From the IMG/VR virus record IMGVR_UViG_3300021431_000017: a stretch of 64,000 nt of DNA; one strand, 5' to 3'. The DNA is from an uncultured virus (IMG/VR IMGVR_UViG_3300021431_000017). Taxonomy: Duplodnaviria; Heunggongvirae; Uroviricota; Caudoviricetes. Below are positions 50,501 through 59,631 of the stretch, one piece after another (the stretch's first letter is position 1; each line of letters starts with the position of its first letter). The position numbers were made by a program, and so were the translations under genes. Under the pieces are notes generated by a model. The model made no database searches and had not been told where the DNA came from. It saw nothing but the letters and a program-made list of their open reading frames with translations.

Positions 50501-50937
50501 CAGATGAATCTAGCACACCGATTAAAGCCGCTGAGAATATGGCAGAGAGTGTTGGTGATTTAGATACCGCAATTACTGATGTGCCTGATGCATTAGACTC
50601 TGTTCTTGAAAAGTTAAATCAGATTGCCGATAGATTTACTACTATTACCAATGCTTTGCTGGGTGTATCGAATATGCCTATTCCGGCTGTAGCATCCGGA
50701 AGAGTTGTTCCTAGTGGAGTTTTTGCTTCAGGTGGTGATTCTGCTACTGTTGCAACAACTATTGCTGATGCTATTGTTAATGCATTTGATTCCCAAGGAA
50801 TCTCGTCTACATCTAACACACCGATGACTGCTCCAGTAATTAAAGTTTATATTAGAGGAAAAGAAGTGTTTGATGCTGTCGTAGATGAGAATAATTCTGC
50901 TATAATGAGAACAGGGATAAGCCCCTTAATGAGATGA
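47524..50937 (+). CDS. tape measure protein
   Basis: 1137 aa; FDELN, IDW repeats, 11-residue Trp repeats, two IHSPSKVF motifs. Confidence 0.92.
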   Translation: MAEDAVVIPVSLEPDMQSTLKAGAQLSKELSDAINEYADVDISDKLRKNLIQAQKFESQLTKVNSKIVELASTSENLIPTDTYQSAWDSMVKYREEANKITAELEKLKQKQEELSRRDSTMLTNYAKRNNISNRGEAREKLFAENSTYYRLQQSIKDTTAQENALRDSQERVNAELERYRNLVNEIQNNGTAFIKVGDTDAYYTSLTDNLAKSAELTQKLQMSLGAVAHEGGENVQKIISPIARLGTIASITGGKIATLAKNLLMMAKSAIAGGIRRLASSFRGLGKDSENSGDSFKKAIKLFIKYGFGVRSFFFLFRKIRSAIADSLKTLKDASFGDVGASLNALSTSLQYLKDSWAAAFAPIITFVTPVLTRLMDAFSGIMNTIGAFIALLTGKSFFVKAVKGTGALADKTKAGAEAQKEWNNELYSFDELNRQQDQDDKNKDSGSGSGGGLNFEESPISGTLSEWLQNWGERLKEAWQNSEFYKFGEIVSEGLNKAVDAIDNWIDNTLQPFAVTWSKNIATILNGVVAGLDWARLGDMLASGLNIIPAVINTFMDTFDFSVFGQRLGEGIKSFVDVVDWEGIGKLFSNKLRRLIEIFHGIVNTPGLWESIGNAISSAITGWFFNIDWQLAGETLATGFNGLVTSVHIAIQNIPWFTMAETFVAGLNTLVTDIDWAEFGRTVSDALVDALGMIVLALAEFDWQGLGEAIGEFISNIDWGKVALLAVMGLMALASGLFEALISALESVFENIGDKFAEFGDDGIAGFFKGIADALKNLKNWVQENMIDPLVNAVKDLLGIHSPSKVFSEIGTNLVDGLFEGIKNTWSKITGFFDQSLGPLVSKIQTAWDDLKTKTGTTWNNIKTAVSNTWTNTKNKLFTTTGNIKTDVTNAWNNLKTTTTTSWNNIKTTVTNSWKNLKTNLRSVSFSDIGRNLVDGIKNGVSGAWDSLVSSVNRLCGSLVDRVRGMFQIHSPSKVFAEIGENLALGLAEGITDESSTPIKAAENMAESVGDLDTAITDVPDALDSVLEKLNQIADRFTTITNALLGVSNMPIPAVASGRVVPSGVFASGGDSATVATTIADAIVNAFDSQGISSTSNTPMTAPVIKVYIRGKEVFDAVVDENNSAIMRTGISPLMR

Positions 50938-50947
50938 GGTACTGTAT

Positions 50948-51328
50948 ATGTTTGGTGAATTAGATGATGCTTGGACAGTAAACGGAACCCCTATCTATTG
51001 TCCGTCTGAAGACGGAATTAATATCAGTCATGATAACATAGTTGCATCAAAATCAGGTCGAGACGAATCCGGACATATGCACATTATCTGGGTTCGTCCC
51101 GATATTGTAAAAGTTAGTTTTACGTATGAAAAACTGACGGGCAATCAAGTTGAATATCTGAGAGAACTGATGCAGGGTAAAGAATTCGTATTCAAGTACG
51201 AAGATAACGGCAGTAAAACAATTAATGGTTATTGTGGTAAAATTTCATATGACCAAAAAACTCTTGCAACGCATCAAGATGAGGGCGGAGTTTATAAAAA
51301 TGTTCAGGTAAACGTAGTGGAGATGTAG
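50948..51328 (+). CDS. distal tail protein
   Basis: SGRDESGHM motif; follows the tape measure gene. Confidence 0.7.
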   Translation: MFGELDDAWTVNGTPIYCPSEDGINISHDNIVASKSGRDESGHMHIIWVRPDIVKVSFTYEKLTGNQVEYLRELMQGKEFVFKYEDNGSKTINGYCGKISYDQKTLATHQDEGGVYKNVQVNVVEM

Positions 51329-51329
51329 A

Positions 51330-54038
51330 ATGCTGAATGTATCAGAGGAAGTAAAAGCATTATATAAATCTAGTAGCGCACCTATTACATTACAGTTACG
51401 TATAGGAAATACTACATATACTGACCGTAATGTAGTGGCTGGTTCAATGTCTATTACAGAGTCTCTTTGTTCCTTAGAGACTTTTAGTCTTTCTACAGTA
51501 GAGAAAAATGAATTGGTATTTTCTCTGTTTAATGAGGAACAGGAAATTTCTTCATTAATTGGACAGACTGTTGTAGCGTCTCACATTGTAACATTGGCTA
51601 ATAATACAACTGAAACTATTCCGCTCGGTACATATACAATAGTAACTGCGGTTAAAGACGGTGACTATATCATAACATGCACTTGTTATGATACCATGCT
51701 TGTATTCGACAAGATTATTGATGATTGGTGGAATACTAGAGTACAATTTCCGATTTCAATTAGAGATTTAGTAATTTCTTTATTTGAAGAGGTTGATGTT
51801 CAGTATACTTTACCGGATACCTTTACTAATGATGACTTTGTAATTTCTGCTAAACCTACATTCTTTGAAAATGTGGCGGCATCAGAAGTATTGTCATATA
51901 TACAGGAGGTTGTTGGTGGATTTTTTAAAGCCGACAGACTTGGGGTTGTTAGATTATTAAATGCTAGAAAACTCGGTACTTTTGGCTTACGTCCTAAAAT
52001 TGGATTATATCCAAAAATTGGTTTATATCCTGCTGGGACAGATGCTGTTGGGTTCGGTGAAAATTCATATATTCAAGAATATGCATATAGACATATTTTT
52101 GGAGATTTAACAGTAGCAGACTATACGGTTAATAAAATTTCAGCACTTCAAATCAGAGGTACTGAAAATGATGTAGGTATTATTGTGGGCACCGGCACTA
52201 ATCTATTTATCATCGAAGGAAATCCGTTACTGTATAACGTAACTGAAGATGATAGACCGATGGTAACAAATATCTTTAATGCAATTAAGGATATTACGTA
52301 CATACCGTTTAGTGGAGAAGTTGTTGGATTACCGTTCGTTGAAGTTGGTGATTGTATTAATGTAACCACATATAAAAACGTTATAGTAAATTCACCTATT
52401 CTGTATAGAGTATTAAGTAATCAAAAATTATCTGTGGATTCTTTTACAACAAAAGGCGAGAAACAGCGTCCTGTTACTAAGACACTCAATCGTACCATTA
52501 CTGTACTGAATCAGAAAACACATGAGATTGTTAATACGGTGGATACTTTATCCAGCACTATTACAAATGTTCAATCAGCCATTAGCGGGTTGGATACACG
52601 TATTACTACAAATACATCGAATATTACACAAAACGCCTCACAGATTGCGTTAAAAGTATCTCAATCTGATTATACTGGTGCGAATATTGTTAATTTAATC
52701 AATCTTGATACAAGTGGTGCGACAATTCAGGCTGCACATGTTGTTGTAGATACTTCCTCTTTAGATTTGACCTTTGGTTCAGCAACTTCAAATGTAACAA
52801 TTAAAGCCACAGATGAAAATGATGGTGTGCTTTTTGATGGTAGTGGTAAAGTTCATTTTGAAACAAATGGACAATTTCAAGCCAAAAATTTGGACAGTAA
52901 TGATGAGCAAGCAAATCATATTATACTGACAAATAATTCTGAAGAATCAAGTGCTGAAATATATAATTATTTTGGTAATGTTCGTGCAAACGACATTGAT
53001 TTTACGGCGAATTCCAATTCAAATAAAGCTGTTATTGTAAATAATAAACTTAATGAAGATATAAATGCTAGTTTGATTCGTTTGGAAGCAACAAGTACTG
53101 GACACTCATTACAGTTATATAATTTTAATTTTAACGGAGTGTCTGGAAGAACTGCAAATTCAGCCGTGTTTAGTGCTGCCAGTACCACAAACACAATAAC
53201 TTTTAATAATAATAAAATCACAACGGCAACTGAAACTAGTTTAGCAATGAATCTTATTAAATTACACCACCAACCAGGAAGCAATTGGAATCAAATCCTT
53301 ATTCAAAATAACTGGATGAGTGGAACTCGGTCTAACTGGATTCAGTGTTCAAACGCAAACACAACAAGTGATTTTCAATTTTGGAATTATAACACTTCCG
53401 GTCAATACGCAAATACATTTACAATGACTTCAAATGGCGATAGTAATTTTAATAATGTAACACTGTCAAATTATAATACCTCTAGTCAATATGCAAATAC
53501 ACTTACAATGTCTTCAAATAGTAGTAGTAATAGTAATACTGTAACACTGTCAAATCGTAACACTTCGGCAACTCAGGTGAATTCAATAACTTTGTATAGT
53601 ACTACAACAGATACCCAAAATTATGTGTACTTAATGAATATGCATAATAACGGAAACCTTGCAAATACTATTTATATGCACTCCGAAAATAATTCAGGTG
53701 CGCTTGCTATTGCAAATAAGGATTCAAGCGGTAACACTAGAACGGCACTATACATGAATGCGGACGGCACATTTAAAGTGCAAACGCTTGTTAATAATTC
53801 TCAGAAGTGCTTGATTCAGGCATCGAGTTACGGAAATTTAGACCTTGTAACAACAGGTGCATTACACTTTAATGCTGGTTCAATCACTGTTCAATACGGT
53901 AATACTTATAAAACAGGTGCTGGCAGTGGTGGAAATCCTACTGGAACAGATAATGTCGCAGTAAAAAACTGGGATAACTCAACTGTTAATTTACATTTCG
54001 CAAACGGATTATATATAGGCTGGTCAAAAGCATCGTAA
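51330..54038 (+). CDS. baseplate hub / tail spike with Asn/Ser/Thr-rich repeats
   Basis: GLYP repeats, GLPFVEVGD, coiled coil, ~28-aa tandem repeats near 53385-53570. Confidence 0.8.
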   Translation: MLNVSEEVKALYKSSSAPITLQLRIGNTTYTDRNVVAGSMSITESLCSLETFSLSTVEKNELVFSLFNEEQEISSLIGQTVVASHIVTLANNTTETIPLGTYTIVTAVKDGDYIITCTCYDTMLVFDKIIDDWWNTRVQFPISIRDLVISLFEEVDVQYTLPDTFTNDDFVISAKPTFFENVAASEVLSYIQEVVGGFFKADRLGVVRLLNARKLGTFGLRPKIGLYPKIGLYPAGTDAVGFGENSYIQEYAYRHIFGDLTVADYTVNKISALQIRGTENDVGIIVGTGTNLFIIEGNPLLYNVTEDDRPMVTNIFNAIKDITYIPFSGEVVGLPFVEVGDCINVTTYKNVIVNSPILYRVLSNQKLSVDSFTTKGEKQRPVTKTLNRTITVLNQKTHEIVNTVDTLSSTITNVQSAISGLDTRITTNTSNITQNASQIALKVSQSDYTGANIVNLINLDTSGATIQAAHVVVDTSSLDLTFGSATSNVTIKATDENDGVLFDGSGKVHFETNGQFQAKNLDSNDEQANHIILTNNSEESSAEIYNYFGNVRANDIDFTANSNSNKAVIVNNKLNEDINASLIRLEATSTGHSLQLYNFNFNGVSGRTANSAVFSAASTTNTITFNNNKITTATETSLAMNLIKLHHQPGSNWNQILIQNNWMSGTRSNWIQCSNANTTSDFQFWNYNTSGQYANTFTMTSNGDSNFNNVTLSNYNTSSQYANTLTMSSNSSSNSNTVTLSNRNTSATQVNSITLYSTTTDTQNYVYLMNMHNNGNLANTIYMHSENNSGALAIANKDSSGNTRTALYMNADGTFKVQTLVNNSQKCLIQASSYGNLDLVTTGALHFNAGSITVQYGNTYKTGAGSGGNPTGTDNVAVKNWDNSTVNLHFANGLYIGWSKAS

Positions 54039-54054
54039 ATTGGAGGTATTAAAT

Positions 54055-54219
54055 ATGAATGCGTTAGATACAACTAAAAAAACAGAAGAAACAATTATTA
54101 AGGCAATTAACGATAGTGGGCTTCCACTTACAACAGTTTATTATATGTTGGCGGACTTGCAGCGTCAGATCACCGATGCCTTAAATAACGTTGAGGTTAA
54201 CCAAACAGAATCTAAATAA
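54055..54219 (+). CDS. small tail-associated protein
   Basis: GGAGG RBS; MNALDTTKKTEETIIKAINDSGLPLTTVYYML... Confidence 0.65.
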   Translation: MNALDTTKKTEETIIKAINDSGLPLTTVYYMLADLQRQITDALNNVEVNQTESK

Positions 54220-54270
54220 ACAGAAAGGAGAATACCCAATGTTTCAGACATTGATGGGGGGTGACACATT

Positions 54271-56448
54271 ATGGCATATACAAAAACTCAGTGGGTAAAT
54301 AACGAAGAACCGAGCATCAACGCAGAGAACCTGAACAAGATGGAGCAGGGTATTTATGATGCTCAGTTTCCTGATGAGGGTGATGAAGGGCAGGTGCTTA
54401 CGAAAACCGCATCAGGTCAGGCGTGGGGAACTCTAAGTGCAACGAATGTCGAAACATCAAGCGATGTCGCTATTAAGTCGGTGAGTGGAAACCCAGTTAC
54501 TATCGCTGATGCTCTACAAGGGAAAGCGTTAGGAGTGAATACGACACTTGAACCTATTCAAGACCTTCACGGCTACGACCATCCATGGGCAGGGGGCGCA
54601 GGAAAAAACAAGTTGAAAGTGAACACCACATCAGTTACTAGAGGTGGTATTACTTTTACCGTTAATGATGATGGGAGTGTGAAGATAGAAGGCACAACAA
54701 ATAGTTCAAATGTATTCATTAATATGAACTATGTGGCAAATACACTAGGCATACCAGTAGGCACATGGAAAATCGGATTGCTTAGTGACGACCCAAGAAT
54801 CAGTATAAGAGGATATGTGACTGCAAATTCTGTAGAAACTCGGGCCGAAGCATTTGGCATGGATTTTGAAACAGTGACAGTGCCAAACGATGCCACGCAA
54901 TCACATGTTCGAGTACAAATCAGTATCACTGGAATTACTATAAATACAACCGTTTATCCAATGATTCTGTCGGGCGATGAAACAGATACCTCTTGGGCAC
55001 CCTACTCCAACATCTGTCCTATCAGCGGAAGAACGCAGGTGGATGTAAACAGGACAGGGAAGAATCTGCTAGATAATACGCTTTGCACACCGAGGACAAC
55101 CGGTGGCGTCACAAGGATTATCAACTCTGACGGGACGATAACGTTGAACGGCACTTCGACGGGTGCCTCGATATGGTGGCGGTCGGCTGACAACATGAAC
55201 GTACCGTTTAAAGCAGGGACGTACGTGGTATCGGTACAGCCGTCTGATGATTTACAGATACAGCTATTGTTCAAAAACGCTGGTTCGAAGTGGAACGAAT
55301 TCACTCTTAATGAGGACGATGTACTGACTAATGTCCGCTACTTAATTACTATCGGAACAGTCTTCAATAATGTTGTAACGAAGCCAATGATTCGCCTAGC
55401 ATCTGAAACAGACGCAACGTTCGAGCCATACAACAGGCAAACCGTAACCGTTCAGTTAGGTCAGACAGTCTATGGTGGTACTTTGGATGTAACAAACGGA
55501 GAACTTACGGTTGAGAAGGAGTATGTGGATTTGGGTACGTTGAAATGGTCAAAAAATAGTTCAAACAGAAGTGTTTTTCAAGCGTCTATCGATTCCAAAG
55601 AAACAGGGATGGATAACATAGTATGCTCGAATTACATAACTGTTAATTCAAGTTCAGTAGGTCTAATTCCTAATGGGGCGATTAGAGGACACGCAACTAA
55701 TAAAGCGGTATACATACACGATGACACATACGCTTCTATTTGGGATAACGGTGATGTTGCCGACTTTAAAACCGCCATGAACGGAGTTCAACTCTGCTAC
55801 GAACTCGCCACACCTCAAACCATCCAACTGACACCTGCACAGGTTAGCCTTCTGACAGGAACAAATATTATCACAACCAATGCAGATGATTTGTCTGTCA
55901 TGTATTACGCAACTGGAAAAGGTGACGTTGAGGGAAGCCTGTCATTCCTATTAGAAAAAACTGTGAGAAACGAGACATCCATAAATTCCCTTGCAGGTTC
56001 GCTTGCAATGGTAGAAACATCACCTGCAACAACTAATCATGCAGTGGGAGATTTGATAGTCTACAATAATCAACTTTATGAAGTGACTGTGGCGATTGCG
56101 ACTGGCGAAACGCTGACGGTTGGAACAAACATTTCTGCAACCAAAATGGGCGATCAGTTATCGGAATTATCCGATGGTTTTCATAAGTTTGGGGCATCTT
56201 CACCATCAGGATTGACTATTACAGTTCCGAACTCTTATCGAGGCATTGTATTTTTTACAGATTCGTCTGCTCAGAGATGTGGACAGATTATTCTATTTTC
56301 AAATGGCTCTGGCTCAGTTAGTTATGCAACGGTTTTAGCACCCGGGGACATTACTTTAAAAACTGGAACTAATAGTTTGATTGTCATTCCGACTGCAGGC
56401 ACAAGAAGATTATTTGCCATCGACGTAGCTGGAACGCTAACGATATAA
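54271..56448 (+). CDS. tail fibre / receptor-binding protein
   Basis: MAYTKTQWVN...NLNKMEQGI start, two GKN(K/L)L-initiated modules, YELATP. Confidence 0.8.
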   Translation: MAYTKTQWVNNEEPSINAENLNKMEQGIYDAQFPDEGDEGQVLTKTASGQAWGTLSATNVETSSDVAIKSVSGNPVTIADALQGKALGVNTTLEPIQDLHGYDHPWAGGAGKNKLKVNTTSVTRGGITFTVNDDGSVKIEGTTNSSNVFINMNYVANTLGIPVGTWKIGLLSDDPRISIRGYVTANSVETRAEAFGMDFETVTVPNDATQSHVRVQISITGITINTTVYPMILSGDETDTSWAPYSNICPISGRTQVDVNRTGKNLLDNTLCTPRTTGGVTRIINSDGTITLNGTSTGASIWWRSADNMNVPFKAGTYVVSVQPSDDLQIQLLFKNAGSKWNEFTLNEDDVLTNVRYLITIGTVFNNVVTKPMIRLASETDATFEPYNRQTVTVQLGQTVYGGTLDVTNGELTVEKEYVDLGTLKWSKNSSNRSVFQASIDSKETGMDNIVCSNYITVNSSSVGLIPNGAIRGHATNKAVYIHDDTYASIWDNGDVADFKTAMNGVQLCYELATPQTIQLTPAQVSLLTGTNIITTNADDLSVMYYATGKGDVEGSLSFLLEKTVRNETSINSLAGSLAMVETSPATTNHAVGDLIVYNNQLYEVTVAIATGETLTVGTNISATKMGDQLSELSDGFHKFGASSPSGLTITVPNSYRGIVFFTDSSAQRCGQIILFSNGSGSVSYATVLAPGDITLKTGTNSLIVIPTAGTRRLFAIDVAGTLTI

Positions 56449-56622
56449 ACATGTAAGTTAGGTTTTGGCAGATAGGGATATGAAATAGTATCGTGAGACT
56501 GGTTGCCATGTAATATTGTGTCGTATAAACATTCCTACTTAAATCAGCATTTAGTGCAAAATATTCGATTTTTTTGCACTAACTGAATATATGGTGCAAT
56601 AATGCAGTAAGTTCAAGCAAAT

Positions 56623-56799
56623 TAAATCGGTGGCGGAATAGGTAGACGCTATTTGGTTCAACTCCAAGCATAAGGGCGCACGACTTAATGGGTAACCCGG
56701 CTGAATATGGCTGTCGTGTGTACACTGGGCAGGCTCATGGCAAGTCTAGTCATGTACTGGTAGGCATGATATGCAGAGTGCAAATCTCTGCCCGATTTA
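56623..56799 (+). ncRNA. tRNA-Leu-like element 1 with a 121-nt insert
   Basis: TAAATCGG/CCGATTTA acceptor-like stem, TGGCGGAATAGGTAGACGC D arm, GCAGAG-TGCAAAT-CTCTGC T arm. Confidence 0.75.
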
Positions 56800-56913
56800 G
56801 TTGCAAGTTACAGGCAAATTAAAAAAGCCGAAATTTCCTTACTTAAAATCAAAAAATATGATTTTAAGTTAAACAAAATCAAGTTAGAATTTAGGAAAGT
56901 GAGGATACTAAAA

Positions 56914-57213
56914 ATGAAATACATTGTAAGCGAAATTCAATCATTCGCAACTGGACAGGTGAACGTTCTCAATACCGCTCACAATGCCAGAGAAGACGCA
57001 GAAGCAAAGTTTTATACACTCTGTGCAGGTGGATGCAAAACATCTCTTCCGAATTACACAATAACGCTTTTTACGGATGAGGGATTTATTCTTGATACCA
57101 AAAATTTCAAGCACAATGTTCAGCCAGAACCAGAGCAAGAACCAGAAGTTGCTCCTGTAGAAGATTCCACAGAAACTCAAACTGATTCTGAGGAAAACCA
57201 AGAAACGGCATAA
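56914..57213 (+). CDS. hypothetical protein with an acidic tail
   Basis: GAGG RBS; MKYIVSEIQ...; flanked by tRNA-like elements. Confidence 0.7.
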   Translation: MKYIVSEIQSFATGQVNVLNTAHNAREDAEAKFYTLCAGGCKTSLPNYTITLFTDEGFILDTKNFKHNVQPEPEQEPEVAPVEDSTETQTDSEENQETA

Positions 57214-57238
57214 AGTATCAAACCCCTCGATACTTAGC

Positions 57239-57375
57239 ATACACGGTGACGGAATAGGTAGACGTGTTCATTTAGCGGTGATGACCAACACCCACATCAA
57301 ACATTAACCTCTTTAAAAACAGGGAAGTCTGGAACGCTTTACAGATATGATAGGTGCAAATCCTATCCCGTGTAT
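57239..57375 (+). ncRNA. tRNA-Leu-like element 2 with an 81-nt insert
   Basis: ATACACGG/CCGTGTAT, TGACGGAATAGGTAGACGT, GATAGG-TGCAAAT-CCTATC. Confidence 0.75.
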
Positions 57376-57393
57376 TATCAAAGGAGATTACAT

Positions 57394-58911
57394 ATGAATA
57401 ACTTATGTTTACCGATGAAGGTAATTAATATAACTCAGCATAGCGCAGGTTCTTATTCACACCCTAACAACTGTCTTGATTTAGCAGGTGTTGATAGTGG
57501 TGTGGATTTTGCTTTTGCGATGGGAGATTATTGGAAATGTATTTCTGGTCCGTGGGGAAGTCATACATATTTCTTCACCTGTACAGACGCAAAAGGAAAC
57601 GCTGTAAAAGTACATTGTGCTGATAATGTTGACCGTGTTGTTACCGTGGCTATGACACACTCTAATTTTCAGTACGTTAAAGCACCGATTATTGGAAAGA
57701 TTTATAAAAACGGCGAGCCTATTTATGAAGAAGGTACTTACGGACAAGCAACCGGAAATCATATTCATTATGAAGTAGCAAGTGGTTTACAGTATTCTAA
57801 ATACAAGGATGAAACACTTGGTGTTTATCGCATGCACAATGAATTGATGCCCGAAATGGTTTGCTTTATCTGTGATGCATTTTCTACAGTAGCAAACATG
57901 GGCGGAGCGATTATGAAGCATTGCGCTACGGTAGAATATCAGAAGAAAAAGGAAATGTTAAAAGACGGATATAATCAGTATGTTTATCAGAATGTAACTA
58001 TTCATACCTATAAACAGACTACAGAAAAAATTGCTATTGTATCTTGTGAATATGGAAGTGTTTGTAATATTGAAGACGTAAAAATTTCACATAAGAAAAT
58101 TAAAGCGGTCATGAATGCAAACTATTTCTTAATGTCCGGTGGCGGTGGTTATTTAGGGAGAGTACAAGGATATAAAAATAACTCTACAGACAAGATTGAT
58201 GCTAGACCTGCAAATCCTGCTGAGAACGGCGCACCTGCTGATAAACCGTATATGGACTTAGTTTTTACAAAAACAGGAAATATTGTAATTGGTGATTTGT
58301 ATTCTTGGGAATATCCAATTAATGAAGTAGTGTTTGGAACATCTCCAGCAGGTGTTGAAATTCAAAACGGCGTGTCTGTAAATAAATATTCACCTGCTGT
58401 AGGGTATGGAAAGATTGTAAATAGCAATACTCAATCTGTATTAATTAGAGATAATGATGGTAAATTTGCATTCGCAACAGTTGAAAATGGTTTAGCACCT
58501 ATTCCAGACTTACGAGATTGGGGACTCATCTTCGGATTTGACCATATGTCAGTTTATGATTCCGGTGGTTCTACTCAATTAATGGTAGACGGAAAAATTA
58601 AACAACGTAGCACGGATAAATCCCCTAGAAAATGTCCGGTATGGCTCGTAATGTATGAAGATGCTGAAGATGAACAAGAATATCCAGAAAATGCTATCGG
58701 AACAATTCATTGCGTAAACAGCGGTATGAACATTCGTACTGACATTCGTGGTGATATTAAACATACAGTACGTAAAGGCGAAACTTGTGAATTATTACAG
58801 TTTATTGATGGTATTCAATCAGACGGTTATCAATGGGTTATGACAAGATACAATGGTATCTGTGGTTATTCTCAACTTGATACAAATGTCTGTTGGATAG
58901 AACTAGATTAG
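57394..58911 (+). CDS. endolysin: M23-like peptidase + phosphodiester-glycosidase-like domain + SH3-like domain
   Basis: SH...LDLAG and TGNHIHYEV; MNANYF...YDSGGSTQL; MNIR...DGYQW; upstream of holin. Confidence 0.75.
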   Translation: MNNLCLPMKVINITQHSAGSYSHPNNCLDLAGVDSGVDFAFAMGDYWKCISGPWGSHTYFFTCTDAKGNAVKVHCADNVDRVVTVAMTHSNFQYVKAPIIGKIYKNGEPIYEEGTYGQATGNHIHYEVASGLQYSKYKDETLGVYRMHNELMPEMVCFICDAFSTVANMGGAIMKHCATVEYQKKKEMLKDGYNQYVYQNVTIHTYKQTTEKIAIVSCEYGSVCNIEDVKISHKKIKAVMNANYFLMSGGGGYLGRVQGYKNNSTDKIDARPANPAENGAPADKPYMDLVFTKTGNIVIGDLYSWEYPINEVVFGTSPAGVEIQNGVSVNKYSPAVGYGKIVNSNTQSVLIRDNDGKFAFATVENGLAPIPDLRDWGLIFGFDHMSVYDSGGSTQLMVDGKIKQRSTDKSPRKCPVWLVMYEDAEDEQEYPENAIGTIHCVNSGMNIRTDIRGDIKHTVRKGETCELLQFIDGIQSDGYQWVMTRYNGICGYSQLDTNVCWIELD

Positions 58912-58920
58912 GAGGTAATC

Positions 58921-59145
58921 ATGAAATTGTCCAATGAAACTTATGATGTACTTAAATGGATTGCACAGATTTTTCTGCCCGCACTCGGTACGCTTTACTT
59001 TGCTTTGGCAAGTATTTGGGGACTGCCGTATGGCGAACAGATTGTCGGTACAATTACCGCCTTAGATGCGTTTTTAGGTGCATTACTTCAGATTTCTACT
59101 GATGCATACAATAAAGATAAAAATAAAATTAATGGTGTGAAATGA
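58921..59145 (+). CDS. holin (Dp-1-like)
   Basis: MKLSNETYDVLKWIAQIFLPALGTLY...IWGLPY.EQIVGTI. Confidence 0.9.
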   Translation: MKLSNETYDVLKWIAQIFLPALGTLYFALASIWGLPYGEQIVGTITALDAFLGALLQISTDAYNKDKNKINGVK

Positions 59146-59342
59146 AAATTTGCGACTTTACAGTGCCAGAACTTGACCGCTTTAGAGAACTATGTAATTT
59201 TACGGACGATGAACGTATGTATTTTGATTTAAGAGCCAAAAATAAATCAAATGTTCAGATTGCCTATGAGATGAACGTCTCTGAATCCACCGTTTCAGTA
59301 CTGGCACGTAAAGTCAAAAAGAAAATTGTTCGCATTATCTAA
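59142..59342 (+). CDS. stand-alone LuxR/GerE-type HTH regulator
   Basis: FTDDE..YF.LR...SNVQIAYEMNVSESTV. Confidence 0.75.
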   Translation: MKICDFTVPELDRFRELCNFTDDERMYFDLRAKNKSNVQIAYEMNVSESTVSVLARKVKKKIVRII

Positions 59343-59383
59343 AAATGTGTTATACTATGTATAGCACATTTGTGCTTTAAGTA

Positions 59384-59487
59384 CTTCGGTGGCGGAATAG
59401 GTAGACGCTAAAGTTAGATAGATAATTCCTAAACTGGTTGGCGACAGATGCGAGTTATCATGCAGGGTGCAAATCCCTGCCCGAAGA
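59384..59487 (+). ncRNA. tRNA-Leu-like element 3 with a 51-nt insert
   Basis: CTTCGG/CCGAAG, TGGCGGAATAGGTAGACGC, GCAGGG-TGCAAAT-CCCTGC; TG-extended TATACT about 30 nt upstream. Confidence 0.75.
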
Positions 59488-59631
59488 ATTAGAAGGAAAA
59501 CTATAAACCCGTTTAAACTACGTAGAAAGTTTCCGTGACTGGTATTTAGTCTAGGTATCTAACACGTTTTACCAAAATGGGCAAACATAGCGTATAGATA
59601 CTGAATTCCGGAAAATGTTTGTCCGAGTTAT

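Noticed and set aside
51330..56448. Diversity-generating retroelement or invertible tail-fibre shufflon
   Set aside because: No reverse transcriptase, template/variable repeat pair or recombinase in the window; internal repeats are ordinary domain duplications
56650..56770. Group I intron or tmRNA explaining the tRNA inserts
   Set aside because: Inserts of 51-121 nt are too short, with no group I core, tag reading frame or tmRNA-type ends
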